From Hemiscyllium ocellatum (taxonomy: Eukaryota): a stretch of DNA of 64,000 bases. The stretch lies in the NCBI RefSeq assembly GCF_020745735.1, contig NW_026867509.1:806001-870000 (forward strand). The letters run 5' to 3'. Made by a program: the position numbers and the translations under genes. The notes under the pieces are model-generated. The model did not search any database. It saw nothing but the letters and a program-made list of their open reading frames with translations, and had not been told where the DNA came from. Shown here one piece after another: positions 34,331 through 48,256 of the stretch (position 1 is the stretch's first letter; each line of letters begins with the position of its first letter).

Positions 34331-35229
34331 TGTGAACCAGCGCCATTATTTTCAGCTTTATTTGTTGCATTCTCTGTCACCATGTTCTCTTGCCGCTCCC
34401 CCCCCCCGCCCACACACCGCCCCTTCCACATCCCCAACCCCTACTCAGTGGTAATGTCTGCCCTTTCAAGTCTGCCAGTTAAATACACAATTCTCTGGCC
34501 ATTCCGATGTTATTATCGCTTAATCTGAAATATAACTTTTTTTAACAAGCACTCTACATCGCATAACTCCCAATCCCGTAAATATAACATAGATGCTGCC
34601 CCCTCCACAGTCCACTTCTACTCTAATGATGAGTCATCTCGAACCGAACTGTCAACTTGCTGTTTCTCCATAGATGCTGTCTGACTCGCTGCGATCTCCA
34701 ACATTAATTGTTTTCAGTATTAATTTCAATGCCACTTTTCAAAGGAGATGACAAAGAATTGCCCCATTTTCCTTTGAAAATCTCCAAAAAGCGTGGATCT
34801 TGTTATTATCAAATTGCTACTCACTTGGAGCTCGCTTTGTGATCGATTTTTACCACGATTTGTGCATGTCAGCTGGAACCACTCATCAAATGTTTTCACT
34901 GATGTTAAAGCTGCTATGAGCCCCGAGATTATCAACTCCACCACCCCTTCAACTCACGGGAATGTGTACAGCAAGTAATACCACAGACTACTCAGATCAC
35001 TATTATTATTATCATCATGTTTATCATCATCATCATTACCAAAGCTAAATATGTTGTGTGGCTGTTTCTGTGATATGTAACCCACTGACAATATGTGTTT
35101 ATTTTGATGCAATGTGGCAGTCAATTTTCCTATTAATGTATAACACTAATCCGAAGGGACTTGTGCATCAAAAATAATTTGGAAAAAGTTTGAGTACTGC
35201 TGCTGAAGTGCATCAGTTATGAAAATAAT

Positions 35230-36092
35230 TGAATGAATAATGCAATGTTTCTAAATGGACAAAGCAACATATTCTTGAACTGCTCTCTCAACTTAGCCTG
35301 AGTTACAAATGCAAGTATTTGTACAGCAACTCAAAATATGGTGCTTAAATCCAATTTCCCGTACGAAGTATGGTAACCATATAGCTTCATAAATAAAAAA
35401 AAAGGTATCACATGAAAGTTGTCCATCACAGGATGAAATTCCCTGAGATAATAAATAGTAAAACTATACACTACCTTTGGATCTCCATGTCTGGGTCTCT
35501 TGCATTTCCTCGCCATTCTGACGATGCAGATTCTTCCGGGCTTTTCTGCTCATCAAAGTATGTTGGATTTTTAAATAATTAAACAGGAGAATTGTAGGGC
35601 AAAAGGAACTGCAGTGAGTATAATGTACGAATGAACTCTATTAATGCCCAAATAGAAGATTCAAGAATTTCAGTCGTTCTGCCACAAAACCAGGGTTGTT
35701 CTCCAGCCAGGAAACATCCATGAGCACAAAGTACCAGAAATTGCCTTTGATGCAACTCAATACAGTCAACTGTTCCCAAGCTGTCTTCTTGGTGCAGTAT
35801 TTACACTTCAACTTCTGTCAACAAATAGCCACACATCTATCAAAAGTTAAAGAGACAGTGAACAAGAGAGAACAATCAGTGACTACGTAAACCAGGATAG
35901 CATGAATATTGCACACACGGCCAAATTACAGGAAAATCAACTATGATTTGTAAACAGTTTGAATATGACTCAATGTTACGTCAAGAACTACAACCGTTAG
36001 ATCCGCTGCAGCCATCGTAAAAAGGTATTGGGTAATACATTTGGACAGACCGTATTTTCCATGAGATAATATCAAAATTGTCAGTACGGTGT
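35230..36092 (-). pseudogene. Rhodopsin-class GPCR pseudogene, resembling the shark-expanded GPR139-like family
   Basis: Minus-strand frames: VLTILILSHGKYGLSKCITQYLFTMAAADL (TM1-2), VCNIHAILVYVVTDCS..TFDR.VAIC..KLKCKYCTKKTA (TM3-4), ILLFN, ISGNFIL, LSCCTNTCI..TQAKLREQFKN (TM7); several stops and frameshifts. Confidence 0.75.
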
Positions 36093-37489
36093 CTGCCAAG
36101 AAAAGAAAACAAAAATAAATTATAAATCAGCTTGGAAAAAAAGTTCCAATTTGAGTATTTGTTCAGATTTTGTCTGCATTAATGTGATCAGAAAATGATT
36201 AAAATATTTACATGTTGCTCAGCATTTTTTCTAGGTAAAATAATTCGTCGTTTAGCAAAACCTAGCATATAATCAGCATGATTTGGCACAGAAGTAACAG
36301 CACTTCAGGTAATCAAGTGTAATGAGTATCCTGCTTACAGCCTGCAGTACAGCAGAAACAATCAGCAACAAACAAATTGAAATATAGTAAAAGAAGTTGG
36401 ATGATCTCCGTGAAATCGTTCAGAATATGGTGCGTAGCTATGATCTGACATCAACTCAGTTCAAGCATCTGATCATTATTCATTGATTACCAGGGAATCA
36501 CACAAATTTCTTACATAACGCATTACCATTGGAATATTGTGAGGCACCAATCCAAATCCTGCTTCAATTCATTATCCATCATTTCCGGATGAATGAGGGA
36601 AAATAATGCAGCATGATAAGTTTGGTTTCCCTTGATAATTTCACAGTGGCTCCTGGTTTATTATGTAATATCGACCCAAGTCCTGCTTCTAATATTGCCT
36701 CATTAAGCATGATATGGAATGGCAAAAGCAAGCAAGATTCCTGCTGTTGAACATAACCCAGTAATACCAGATTAGTTCAGCAAATCAATCAACCTACAAT
36801 CCTCCTTTTCATCATTACGCAAAGTCTATAGGTTATTGTCGGAAAATTAGGCTAATGCTCGTGCTGCTGAATTTGCTCAGTGACTCAGGCTTGGTGATAG
36901 TGAATCAGTCTAGATTTATGTTCAGGAACATTAGGCTGTGAGGATGTGTTTGCATATGCGCACGTGTGCATGTGCATGTGTGTATGTGTCTGTCTGAAGC
37001 AAGAGAGTGTCCCAAAAAGTGTCCATTAGTGTGTTGCAGTGATGTGGCGAACGGAGCAGGGATAAAGCATGCATGCATTAATTACACGATTTCTTTGTGG
37101 TATTTTTCCTGGATTGGAAATCCATGGATCCAGGATAATGCTTGAGAACTAAGGTTCGAATCTCTCCATGGCAGAGAAAGCAACTTTAATTTAATTCATA
37201 AATATGAATTCAAATTTTCAGCCAATTGTGACAATGAAACAATTGACAAAAGACCCTGTTTGTTGCACTCATCCACTGACCGACTCGGCACATGACTACA
37301 GTGACTCCACCAGCAAGGTGGTCCACTCTGAAAGAGGACAGATCAGACAGTAAGATATACCAAATGCCTGCTAAGCTAAATGAAAACAGTGACTACTGGC
37401 TGGAATACCTGGCACAAATCAAGGCATTAATACCACGAATGGCACGCAATATTGCTGTTCCTACGAAGTCTTCTGCTGGCATTTGCTCG

Positions 37490-37965
37490 TTCCTCCCCAA
37501 GATGTTTGCCAGGGTTCGAGGATTTGAGCTACTGGGAGAGGCTTAACAGGCTGGGGCTGTTTTCCCTGGAGCATCGGAGGCTGAGGGGTGACCTTATAGA
37601 GGTTTACAAAATTATGAGGGGCATAGATATGGTAAATAGTAAATTCTTTTCCTTGGGGTCTAGGAGTCCAGAACTAAGGGGCATAGGTTTAGGGCGAGAG
37701 GGGAAAAATATAAAAGAGACCTGAGTGGCAACTTTTTATTTCACACAGAGGGTGGTACGTGTATGGAATGAGCTGTCAAAGGAAGTGGTGGAGGCTGGTA
37801 CAATTGAAACATTTAAGAGGCATTCGTATGGGTTGATGAATAGGAAGGATTTGGAGGGATATAGGCCTGTGCTGGCAGGTATGACTGGATTGGGTTGGGA
37901 TACCAGGTCGGCATGGAACGGTTGGACTGAAGGGTCTGTTTCCATGCTGTACATCTCTATGACTC
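37490..37965 (+). mobile_element. CR1 3' fragment
   Basis: LNRLGLFSLEHRRLRGDLIEVYKIMRG and CR1 3' UTR. Confidence 0.88.
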
Positions 37966-38699
37966 TATGTACTGCAGCAGTTTTAGAAGGCACTGCACTA
38001 TTCGCATGTGATGTCGATATATGGTGGTGATGATAATGAAGGCAAGATTACAAGAATGAAAACAGTCGGGTCAGGTTTCATAATATTTCATGGACTGAAA
38101 AACCACGCATTTAGAACTTACTCCAATTGCATTCTCCTGCTTGTTGGCACGGGAATGCCTCTTTTGATTTTTATTTGTTTGTGGTTTATTTGATTATTTT
38201 GAAACGAATCTGTGAAACACGATTTGCTTGTTACTTTGCAAATTAAAAGTGTGAATATCTGAGAGTGCTTTATATCAGACTTGATAACTATGTGGTTACA
38301 TGACTCCAATTATACAGGTTTAATATTGTTCTGTAAGAAGTGGCTGAATTGACATTAGTCAAGGCTTACGACAGTCAAAACACTGATAATTTGGAGAGAA
38401 ATGTTTCAATCCAGCTTGCGTGGACAGAATCAAATTTCCTTCATATACATTTTACATGCATTCGGCATGTCCAAGAAACCAGAATCCTGCATGAAAGGAA
38501 AACTTTGCAATTGTTCAAAATCAAACGTGAAACTAATCGAAGATAGATCAGAATCAGAAGTAAATTATAACTTTGCATCTTTTCAATAAATCATGATACT
38601 AATGTAATTGGAAACCAAAACAAGAAGCACTCTTTTTTAAAATCACGTCGGTAAATGGCTGACAGACGTGTTCCTTCCTTCCTTTCTACTTTCTTCACC

Positions 38700-39740
38700 A
38701 TGCTAAAATGACACTACCAAACGAAGGAAGTCTAAACTCATACATAGAAAGTGGGATATAACAGCAGTACTTCATTGGAGGCTCACTGGTAACATTACCT
38801 AGTATGGTAACGGAACATATGACAATGAACCTTCCAGCTCAATGAGCACACTTACATCCAGAATCTTTACCTGAGCTAAAAATCTTCTCAAAGCTTGCCA
38901 AATTCCTCTGTTACCACAGGGTACAGAAGTGGGCTGATAATTGGCAAGTGGAGTTCAACCTGGAAGAGTGTGAAGTCATTCCCCTTGGCAAGTCGAATTT
39001 GAATGCAGAATACAGGGTAAAAAGTAGTATTGCTGGTACTGTGGTGGAATTTCGGACTCTCAGTTTCTATATCCAGAGATCCCCCAAAGTTGCTAACCAG
39101 GTTTACAGGGTTGTTAAGAGGGGGTACGATGTGTTGGCTTCGATTAGAAGTGGGATTGAGTTTACGAGCCACGAGGTGATGCTACAGTCTTATAGAGCTC
39201 TGGTCAGACCACATTTGGAATATGGCATTCAGTTCTAGTCGCCTCAATATTGGAATGCTGTGGATGCTTTCGAGAAGGTGCAGAAGCGATTGTCAAGGTT
39301 GATTTCTGCACTGGAGGTTTTATGAAGAAAGTTTGAGGGAATTAGGGCGTTTCTGATTGGAGCAAAAATGTGTGTAAAGTGACGTGATAGAGATATACAA
39401 GACATTGAGGGGCATAGATAGAGTAGATAGGCAGAGACTGTTTGCCCATGGTGGAAATGTCTATCACGACGGAGCATAATTTTAAAGTAATTCGAGGAAG
39501 GTTTAGGGGAGATATCAAAGTTGGGTTCTTTAGAAAGAGAGTGGTGGGAACGTGGACTGCACTGCCAGCAGTGGTAGTAGAGTTAAATATATTAGGAATA
39601 TCTAAAAGTCTCTTCAATAGGCACATGGAAGATAGCACAATGAAGGTTGTGTAGGTTAATCTGATCTTGGAGTTGGATTAAAGTTTGGCACAACTTCGAG
39701 TGCCGAAGGGTCTCCACTGTGCTGTACTGGTATATGTTCT
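38700..39740 (+). mobile_element. Decayed CR1 3' fragment
   Basis: MEFNLEECEVI..IEFTSHEVMLQSYRALVRPHLEYGIQF and 3' UTR gtgccgaagggtc..ctgtgctgtactg. Confidence 0.85.
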
Positions 39741-42700
39741 CAGCTCTGTGAAAGCCTTCTTGTTTCTGCAAGTCTACACAGTCTCCCTTCATATCTGTTC
39801 CTCCAATGCCTGCTGAACATTTGATGGCCAATATTATAATCCAAATAACGTTATCATCCCATTCTTCTTCCTTAGTTGCTTCCACAACGTCTCACTGAAT
39901 GATCCTTCAGTTATTCTATCTTTGAATACCTCTGTTATATTCACCTTAATTAAAAATGAAACTGGCACTCTCCTTCTGCCACCACCTCCGTCCCGCCTGA
40001 AACACTTGTACTACTTCACATTAAGCATCCAGTCATGAAACTCCCTTTGCCATACCTACAATCCACATCCCCATCCACGCCCTAAATTCATCTGCCTTAC
40101 CTGTCAGCCCTCTTGCATTGAAATATATGCAAATTAATGCAACAGGCACTTCTTGCTCTCTGATGTGTTGCAGGCCTGAGCTGTCCCTTCAACATACGAT
40201 TGCTGAGAACTGCATATCCTTCAAAACATGCACTTTCAAATTCTAGTTTAAATGCCCATATTTGAATGCTTCTGTTGCTGCCCACATTTGTTTTGGTGTC
40301 TCTGTAAGTTTGTTTCCATGTTTATATATTTCCGTCAATGTTTCTTTTCTGTCTGACTTCATGCCAGGTGAGATATCAGTTCCCGATTCCTAAATGTATG
40401 CCTGCAGCGTCCTGAAATCTAATTAAACCTTTTACAAAAAGGGATGGCAGTTTCAGTGGAAGATAAATTGTCTGCAAGGATGTTAATCAATTATTGAGCA
40501 TCACAGTCTCTATCCTGATTTCTCTGTCTTATGATTCGAGTGATACAGTGTCACCCTCTGATGACCAAAATTCACAATTGCTTTAGCGCAGGTTGAAACT
40601 CCTAGGATTTCAATCATTGGGCAACTTAAATTGAAGGCAGCATCACATCACGCATAAGGTCAATGTGAACTCTTTGCTGTCACTCCTGGGGAAAAAAATA
40701 CTCCAGGGCTGAAATAAAAATGAAAACTATTTTTAAAAGAAAAGAAATATGTCAGTTTATGGAAAAGTGTATGGAACAGTCTATTTAAAAATGAGGAACA
40801 TAGAAGAAACAGATTTTACAAATGTCTGCACGTATTTAGCATCTTAATTTTAAAATACTCTGCATTGACTACTTGCAGCTCCAAAGCAGCGAGAACAAAA
40901 CCCTGCAGAATACTTTTAAAAGGCTTTGTTCAATTTATCCTGAATTAACAATTAAATGTTTCTCAGTGCACATTGTTTTAATTCTCATCTTCAGTTATTA
41001 CGAAATGGTTGCATCTCTGAACATCGCTTCTGCGAGCTGTAACTGCATCGAACGTTATTTGTTGATATTCTTCTGGACTCAGTTTCAAGATCTTTATTCA
41101 AAATGGGGGAAAGAAAGCAAATGCAGCCATTGGCCAATGATTGTAGTACAGAATTACCAGGGGACGTGGAGAGTTCTACAAGAAAATGATTTTTTAGTTG
41201 CAAACAAAAGTCATGACAACCAGGGAGCGAATTCTCAATTGCCCCCGAACCTCGGTGTCCATTATTTTACATTATTTTATCATGCTTTCTTCGAGTTTAT
41301 CAGCATATCCAATTGTGTTAGTCAGGGATATCATTCAGCAGTTATGCAACAAACTAATGATTTTAGTCCATGTTATCTCTCTACTCCTTGCACTATATTT
41401 TTTTTTCTGCGTCAAACTTAATTCATAGCACAATGATTATTTATTATTTCGTCTGCCGCAATGGTCTCCCTACTCCAATCTTAATATTTCTCTATTATGC
41501 TACAGTTAGATATTTACTATTACATCAACCACAATGGACTTTAGCCCAAGGTTGACCCAATCACATCACGCTAACATTTACTTACATGTCACATGCTTTG
41601 ATTAACCTGATTATGCTGCCATTGGTACGTAACGTAATTATACTACCTAACTATCATGTTTCTCCCACTATTGCTCTATATCCGATTGATGTAGTATTCT
41701 GATTGATGTAGCATTTCACAAATCCTTGCAACATTCCACCCAGTCCTCATGTTTAACACATCAAATGCCCTTATTCACTTTATTTTCCATGTGATCTGCA
41801 GTTTTGTGATTCCAAGAATGCTAGAATATATTAAAAAGAACTTAACACCAGAATATTTAGTAACAAGTAGCTGGTCATACAGTGTTAGCAGAGCTAAATG
41901 AAGTGAAAAATCTGCCTGGCAAATTTGGTGGAATTCTTCCAGCAGAGAACAAGCAGAATGGCTAAAAGGGCTGGCTCGAAAATGCATTTGCATTTCCAGA
42001 TCATGTTTGAGAATGGACCACAAATTAGAATACTTAATAAAATAAGAGTCAAAGTATCAGAGGCAGATATTAGCATGGAGAGACAGTGTCTTAACTATTC
42101 GTACACTAACGCTTGAAAAAAGACAGTGCGTGCCCTGACAGAATGCGAATCTGAGCTACAGTGCGACAAACCTCAATGCTGGGGCCTCAGTCTTTCAGAA
42201 CATGTACCAATGATTTGAATAAGGAAAGAGAATTTACTGTCGCCAAATTGGCGAGTGACAGAAAAATAATTGGAACACAGGTTGTAATGATGAAACAACG
42301 AGACTGTGGAAGGAAATAGAGTGAAAGGGCAAAAGCTTGGCAGCTGAAATATTACATCTGAAATAACAGCAAAGGTGAATATTATGCAAATTGATGACGA
42401 TTTCAGAAACGTGCAGAGATTTTCGGGGATGGAGGAGGTGACATTATTGTGGCTCCTATTGCATCGGTCTCATAAAGTTGGAATGTTGACACAATGGGGA
42501 ACAGGGAAATTACACAGAACGTTGGCCTGCACTTCAGAAGGAATGGAGATTGAAGTTCATTTTCTGAGCTTTCACTACAAGCAGTTTGCTGACTGTTTGA
42601 TTCGAGGTTAAGTTGATTTGTTCATGGTTTAAGTTTGAATTGAGTATGTCTGCCTGCGATTCCACAAATATCCCAACAGATCGCATCGCCAGCTGACAAT

Positions 42701-44019
42701 TTTGCACATCACTGGGAATGCATTTGATCATCATCTTTCTAAAAGAACAGTGATACAAAATGGCTTTGATAAATGCAGCCGCGAGACAGTTAAACAGGTG
42801 AGATTTCTGAAGCTCCATTATGAAGTGAAGTTTCACAAATTCTTCTTCATTCTCAACACCTGTGGAAGTTTCAATCAATATAAATTCTGCCCGGAATTCT
42901 GAGTGTTATCGATGTCAAGATACTATAAAGGACATTTATGCAGTCTCGCACGCATGTTACTACTGCCACTTTAATCCCAACATCGGTGCAGTGTGCCCAA
43001 AACAAGTCAAACGACAAAAAAACTGCATTGTCAAATGACTGCTGGATATTGAAACATGATATTCATAAACCTCGCTGTCGCAATTTACAGAGGTCTCCCA
43101 GCACGCAGTCAGTTCACTAGCTTGTGTCGCCACTACTTCAGTGAGACTGGAAGGCAGAAGCTGCATCTCAGCGAATGCAAACAGCTTGAAAAGGGATAGT
43201 CAGTTCCCATACAGAAGGTATGACGGCTGATACAGAGAACAAATGGTGAAGATGTCACTCCAACTCCAACTCAAATTGTCTCCCTCTTGTGACAATCGCA
43301 GAACACACTGAGAGGAACAAGTGTAAAACGTCTCCTCCTAAATCGTGAATTAACCATGTAGCACCTAACTACATCCATTGCCTGCTCACTCAATATTTCC
43401 GCACATGCACGAGGCACAAAGGGAATCAATCACTGACTGATTTAAGTGCAACTGGCATCGCACAGCACATAGCCTTTTCCACAAAACCAACATATTTGCT
43501 CAAGCTCACATCAATTAACAAAGAGTTTGGAAAATAAAGAGCGTTGCAGTTGAAGATTGTAATATTACATTTGAAGACCGTGAGAAATTTTTAAAAATGC
43601 TTGCATGAAATATCAAAAGCTTCATTGAAAATAAAAGAGAAATACAAACGAAAAATAGAAATTGTTGCAGAAACTGGAATATGTTTCTGATGGCATAATC
43701 ATGCTTAATGAAAGTATGGTTCTCGTGTTCGGGCCTAGCCGGATGGATAGAATTTTAAATTAACTGCCACCAGAATGAGACAGACATGATGTACAAAGAT
43801 CACAGCAAGGTACATGAGGTAAGAAAAGACTATGCAAATTTGACTGAAGACATTTGAAGATGTGCAGTCTGATCTTCAGATTCAGCTCGGTTAAAATTCA
43901 GAAGCTATTAATCTTGGAACTAATCACAACTGAGCTGGATATTTTCAACAGTCACATTCCATTCAAGTGAATGATTTAACTTTTCTTCAGAATAGCAGTA
44001 TCAGATTGCTTTACGAAAT

Positions 44020-44050
44020 TATATATATATATATATATATACATATATAT
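44020..44050. repeat. (AT)n microsatellite
   Basis: tatatatatatatatatatatacatatatat. Confidence 0.9.
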
Positions 44051-44150
44051 GCCTTCATTTTTAAAAATATTAATAAAATCTATTAATTTTCTTCTGTAGC
44101 TCCATTTATTTTGTCAAATAAATGACTCCTTCGTACAGCTTGTAAACTCG

Positions 44151-44440
44151 GGAGCCACGGTGGCTTAGTGGTTAGCACTGCTGCCTCATGACACCATAAA
44201 CCTCCATTCTGATTCCACTCTCTGACGACTCCCTTTGTGGGGTTTTCACCTTCTCATCATGTCTGTATGGGGTTCCTCTTAGTATATCAGTTTCCTTCCA
44301 CAATCCAAGGATGAGCAGGCTATGTGGGTTACCTATGAGGAATGCTGATCTATTATTGCATATGGACTGCTGTTTCAGAGGATCAGTGTGGACTCAATGG
44401 GCAGCATGGTGTGCTTTCACACTGTAAGAATCCTATGATT
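44151..44440 (+). mobile_element. tRNA-derived SINE (HE1-type)
   Basis: gggagccacggtggcttagtggttagcactgctgcctca head, conserved core, cacactgtaagaatcctatgatt tail. Confidence 0.8.
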
Positions 44441-45063
44441 CAAACATTGTATCTCATAACCAGGCACAGCAACTCACCCCGCCAATGACAACGATTTTCT
44501 CGCACACCATGCACTTTGTCAGCCCCAAACCTCAAGCCTCCGGGTACAACTCACCCATGAACATCAGGAACTTGCCTCCATTATTTCCACAAGAAAAATC
44601 GTGAGATTTAAAGTAAGAAGAGACTAATGATGAGATGGGAACAATATTCCCTACCATCCCACTTCCAGCTCTGGTCAGTCCACTTCACAGGCTCTGGCGT
44701 CTCATCCATCTCATTGCGACCACGGGTCAGCGCTATCTGAAAACGTAATAGAGATCAGGTGCCTCTTCTTCAAAAAGTGACTTGGTGAAAATTTAACATA
44801 GATGGCGCAATTGAGTTCAAGTCGATCAAATAATATTTCACTTCTGATTTAAACTCTTTGCTTCCAGGTGACAAACGGTAATTGCTCTTTCGGTTTCTGC
44901 TCATGGTATCGAGACGTGTACCTTGAACATTAATCTCTGTCTGACTCTGGTCATCTCCACGTTAAGAGGTCTGCTTTACTTAAATCTTAAATATCCTTGT
45001 GCACATTTCCCGTTTCCACTTCCATGTGATTAACTATCTTCCCTTCCTCCTAGCTAGCAAGTG

Positions 45064-45392
45064 ATACAGCGGGTAGCTCAATAATTAGCTCAGTTACCTC
45101 AGAACAACAGGGACCCGTGTTCGATTCTAGCCTTGAGTCCTTGTCTGTCTGGCGTCTTCACATTCACCCCACGTCTGCGTAGGGCCCCTCTCGGTGCTTT
45201 GGTCACTTCACACAACTCAGAGATTTGTATATTAGTTGAATTGACCATGCTAATTTGCCCATAATGTTCGTTGATGTATAGGTTAGGTACGTTAGTAAGG
45301 GCTAAATGTGGGGAATGGTTCTGGGTGGGTAACTCTTCGAATGATCATTGTGAACTTGTTGGACCAGTTTCCACATTGTAGATATTCTATGA
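45064..45392 (+). mobile_element. tRNA-derived SINE (older copy)
   Basis: gggacccgtgttcgattctagcc (B box-like), core tttgaccatgctaatttgccc, tail ccacattgtagatattctatgatt. Confidence 0.7.
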
Positions 45393-46528
45393 TTAACTGG
45401 GCGTTAGCTGATTACTTTTAAAGATGAGTAATATATAAAGTGTCCCAATCAGAACAAGGGGCCAAAGCAGTAACGAGTCAAGAGTCGACGATAGGTCACA
45501 GTTACCCTGTACAGCTGTACAGTATGAACTACACTGTTATTGTCGATATTCATGACAAGTCACTCACTATCTGTTCAGACCCAGTCGTTATGGATATAAC
45601 TGAACGGCTCCAAGTTTTGAACATTTCAGTGGGAATCTCAATCCGGGACGACATACTTTTCAGCTGTTCATGAATATGTTGAGTGCGACAGATAGCCAAT
45701 GGGACAATGCACCAGTTTGTCCAGTGTTCAAATCTCACAAGGGCAGCTGTTGGAACTTTAATTCAAATCACAATTCTAGAATGGAAAAGAAAGTCCAAGA
45801 ATGGTGACCATGATAACCATGACTGATTGTTGTAAAATACAAGAATGTCCAGATTCTGACTTATGGGGAAGGGAGATACCTCCCTATCTGGAATGGCACG
45901 CATGTCACTCCAATCACATGTGCGTGACTCGAAATTGCCTTCTGAAATGGTGAACTTAGCAACATGGTTCAGTCGAATCAAATGTTTGTAGTTGCCGTAG
46001 CACGCATAGTCCACAAAAGCGTAAAAATGATAATTGCGATTTGGAAATGTGCAGCAACTTATAATAAGCATGGGATTCCACTGAGTAACAATTGATGGCG
46101 TGAATAAATTGGAGGACATTTCTCCTGAATTGAAAATGAGGCAGATTTTGTGGTACTTATCGATTCGTCTTAATTAATAAGAATAATGCATTTGTCGCTT
46201 GTTAGAACAGTTGAAATCGAAGGAAAGAAAGTTTAAGTGAGGAAGACTCAGAAAAGTAAGAAGAAGAAATAAGGAAAGGAGACGCATACAGATAGCAATT
46301 GGAAACAGCAGAAAGTGGTTGGGCAAAGTCAGCTGTGTTTACTCATCAGCAAGTGAACCTTTGGTGCACAATAGTTGCCATGTCAGAGAGAACAGACAAT
46401 CAGAGTAGAGAAACGTATTTTCTTTCCAGAATTCGAAACTGACTCTGATTCGAGTTACATCCTTAACTGAAGACTAGAAGAGTCAAAATATTTGTAAAGG
46501 TGAACTGCTTATAAGGTCAACTGTAATC

Positions 46529-46950
46529 ATGTGTACTCTCCGTGTTTTACTCGGAATGATGATCATGCTGTTCGGTGAACTAAACCCATCAGTATGTAAT
46601 TCTCGGTTGAGATTCGCAAAAAATATTTTTCAGATATTCTGCATGTTCTTCAATGAACGAATGGCCTACATGCAGTCTCCTAAGAGCCGCTAGAATTAAT
46701 GACTAAGGAGGTGTGGACCCGAAAACTGATCTATAATGACATTGCAAGAGAACAGATTCTCTTTTTCCACAATCTCTCTCGTGGGGGATCTTCAAGATGT
46801 TTACTGAAGAGTTAAAGTCCGAATCAAGGTGGAAGCCATATTCAGAATTCTCTGATGAATTTACTTGGATCAAGAGAATAAAATGATCCCCTTAAATGTC
46901 GCTGGATCTCATGTCTCTGGCTCAACAGAATTGCCGTTTACTGGGCCCCA
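46529..46950 (+). pseudogene. TCR alpha/delta-type V pseudogene (leader 46529-46574)
   Basis: Leader MCTLRVLLGMMIMLF+G|gtgaac resembles the leader at 54817. The decayed exon reads TNGLHAVS*EPLELMTKE...AVYWAP; acceptor and RSS are degenerate. Confidence 0.55.
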
Positions 46951-47601
46951 CCGGCATAGTCAGTATGTACAAGCAGCAGCAATTGTCAGCTTTGCTCAGT
47001 GAATCAGATCTGAAATTCAAACTGTGAACTATCAACATAATAGCAACCTCATATTAAGACCATGTTGACCTAATGATCGTTTTCACTGGTACTGAATCTA
47101 TGACATTCTGTTAAAAGAAAAATCCCTTCTTCATGATCAGTGACAAGCATTTGTAACAGGCAACCTGTGCCACCATCTTCAGCACAACATTAAATGTTTC
47201 CAGTCATTGCCTCATCTCAAGGATTCACTCTGTTAAACGACGAAAAAAAAATCACTTTAATTCATGTCTTAGAAATGTTGCCTCACTCAGGCAGTGGTCA
47301 ATTCTCGGCCCCGATTTGGTTTAATAATAATTATGATACATGATTGCATAATACGATCAATGCGGAGAGTTCTGATAAACGTTATTCTGTGCCATTCATT
47401 GTAGTGAGAACAATTTCAGCTCATTGCCCGTTCCTTACCCAGACCTCATGGATTGTGAGACAAAACAGCAGAAATTTGAGTGGATGTCAACTGTGACGCT
47501 GCTAGCCATGCAGCACGACCGATGTGACTCCTCATCTAAACGCTGAGCTGAAACAGTCATCTTAGATCCCTCTGTTCAAACCTGCAACCAGCTCTGAAAG
47601 C

Positions 47602-48218
47602 ATGTCCATGATTATTAGTTACTCGTTCTTCACTGCTGCAGCTCTCCTTACTGGTAAGTTCCCCAAAATGTAAGAAAGCACATTTGCAGATGAAAATGGC
47701 ATATTGTTCTTTAATTGCGCACTAGCTCCATTTGCAACAGGCTCTGCTACATTGATTGTGAAATTTAACAGTAAAAACATAAGATTTTTCGGATATAAAT
47801 TCCAGCAGGTGTTATTTGTTTAGATTACTTACAGTGTGGAAACAGGCCCCTCGGCTCAACAAGTCCACACTGACCCGCCGAAGCGCAACCCACTCATACC
47901 CCTACATTTACCCCTTAATTTTATGGACTGGGTTTCACAGGAGCCAGTTGCAGAGACACAGATGAAAGGAAACTCGGCGACAATTCATTTCAAATAATCG
48001 ATCTCTTCTGCTTTCTGTTCTGAACAACTGTACCATCAGGATGGTGGACAATCTTCCACATTCGTGATTTACATACCAAAGTCAGGAGACGTTTTTAAAG
48101 CAGAAGACGTTGTTGATTGATTTTCTGCAGTTCTGGACACTTCAAAAAGCGAGGGAAATTTCACCGTCGATGAGCTGCAGCTGTCTGACAGCGCTGTTTA
48201 TTACTGCGGGCTGAGAGA
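47602..48218 (+). pseudogene. TCR alpha/delta-type V pseudogene (leader 47602-47653; V exon with SINE insertion, two stops, first Cys lost)
   Basis: Leader MSMIISYSFFTAAALLT+G|gtaag; MDWVSQEPVAETQMKGNSATIHFK*SISSAFCSEQLYHQDGGQSSTFVIYIPKSGDVFKAEDVVD*FSAVLDTSKSEGNFTVDELQLSDSAVYYCGLR. Confidence 0.88.
47821..47915 (-). mobile_element. Short SINE/CR1-tail fragment inserted at the start of the V exon
   Basis: tagattacttacagtgtggaaacaggcccctcggctcaacaagtccacactgaccc, the same tail family as 17071 and 18710. Confidence 0.8.
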
Positions 48219-48256
48219 CACGGTGACAGAAACAGGGGGAGACTTGTACAAAACTA
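48219..48256 (+). other. 23-class RSS (22-nt spacer)
   Basis: cacggtg - 22 nt - acaaaacta. Confidence 0.8.

Noticed and set aside
44151-44225. tRNA-like sequence with A box (also about 18930-18994 and 45064-45130)
   Set aside because: These are heads of tRNA-derived SINEs, continuing into SINE core and CR1-like tail; there is no complete cloverleaf.
48000-48030. CDR1 cysteine in the V pseudogene at 47602, suggesting a second supporting V
   Set aside because: This V has its own leader exon and no NAR V-D-J upstream, and it is heavily mutated, so the Cys may be incidental.
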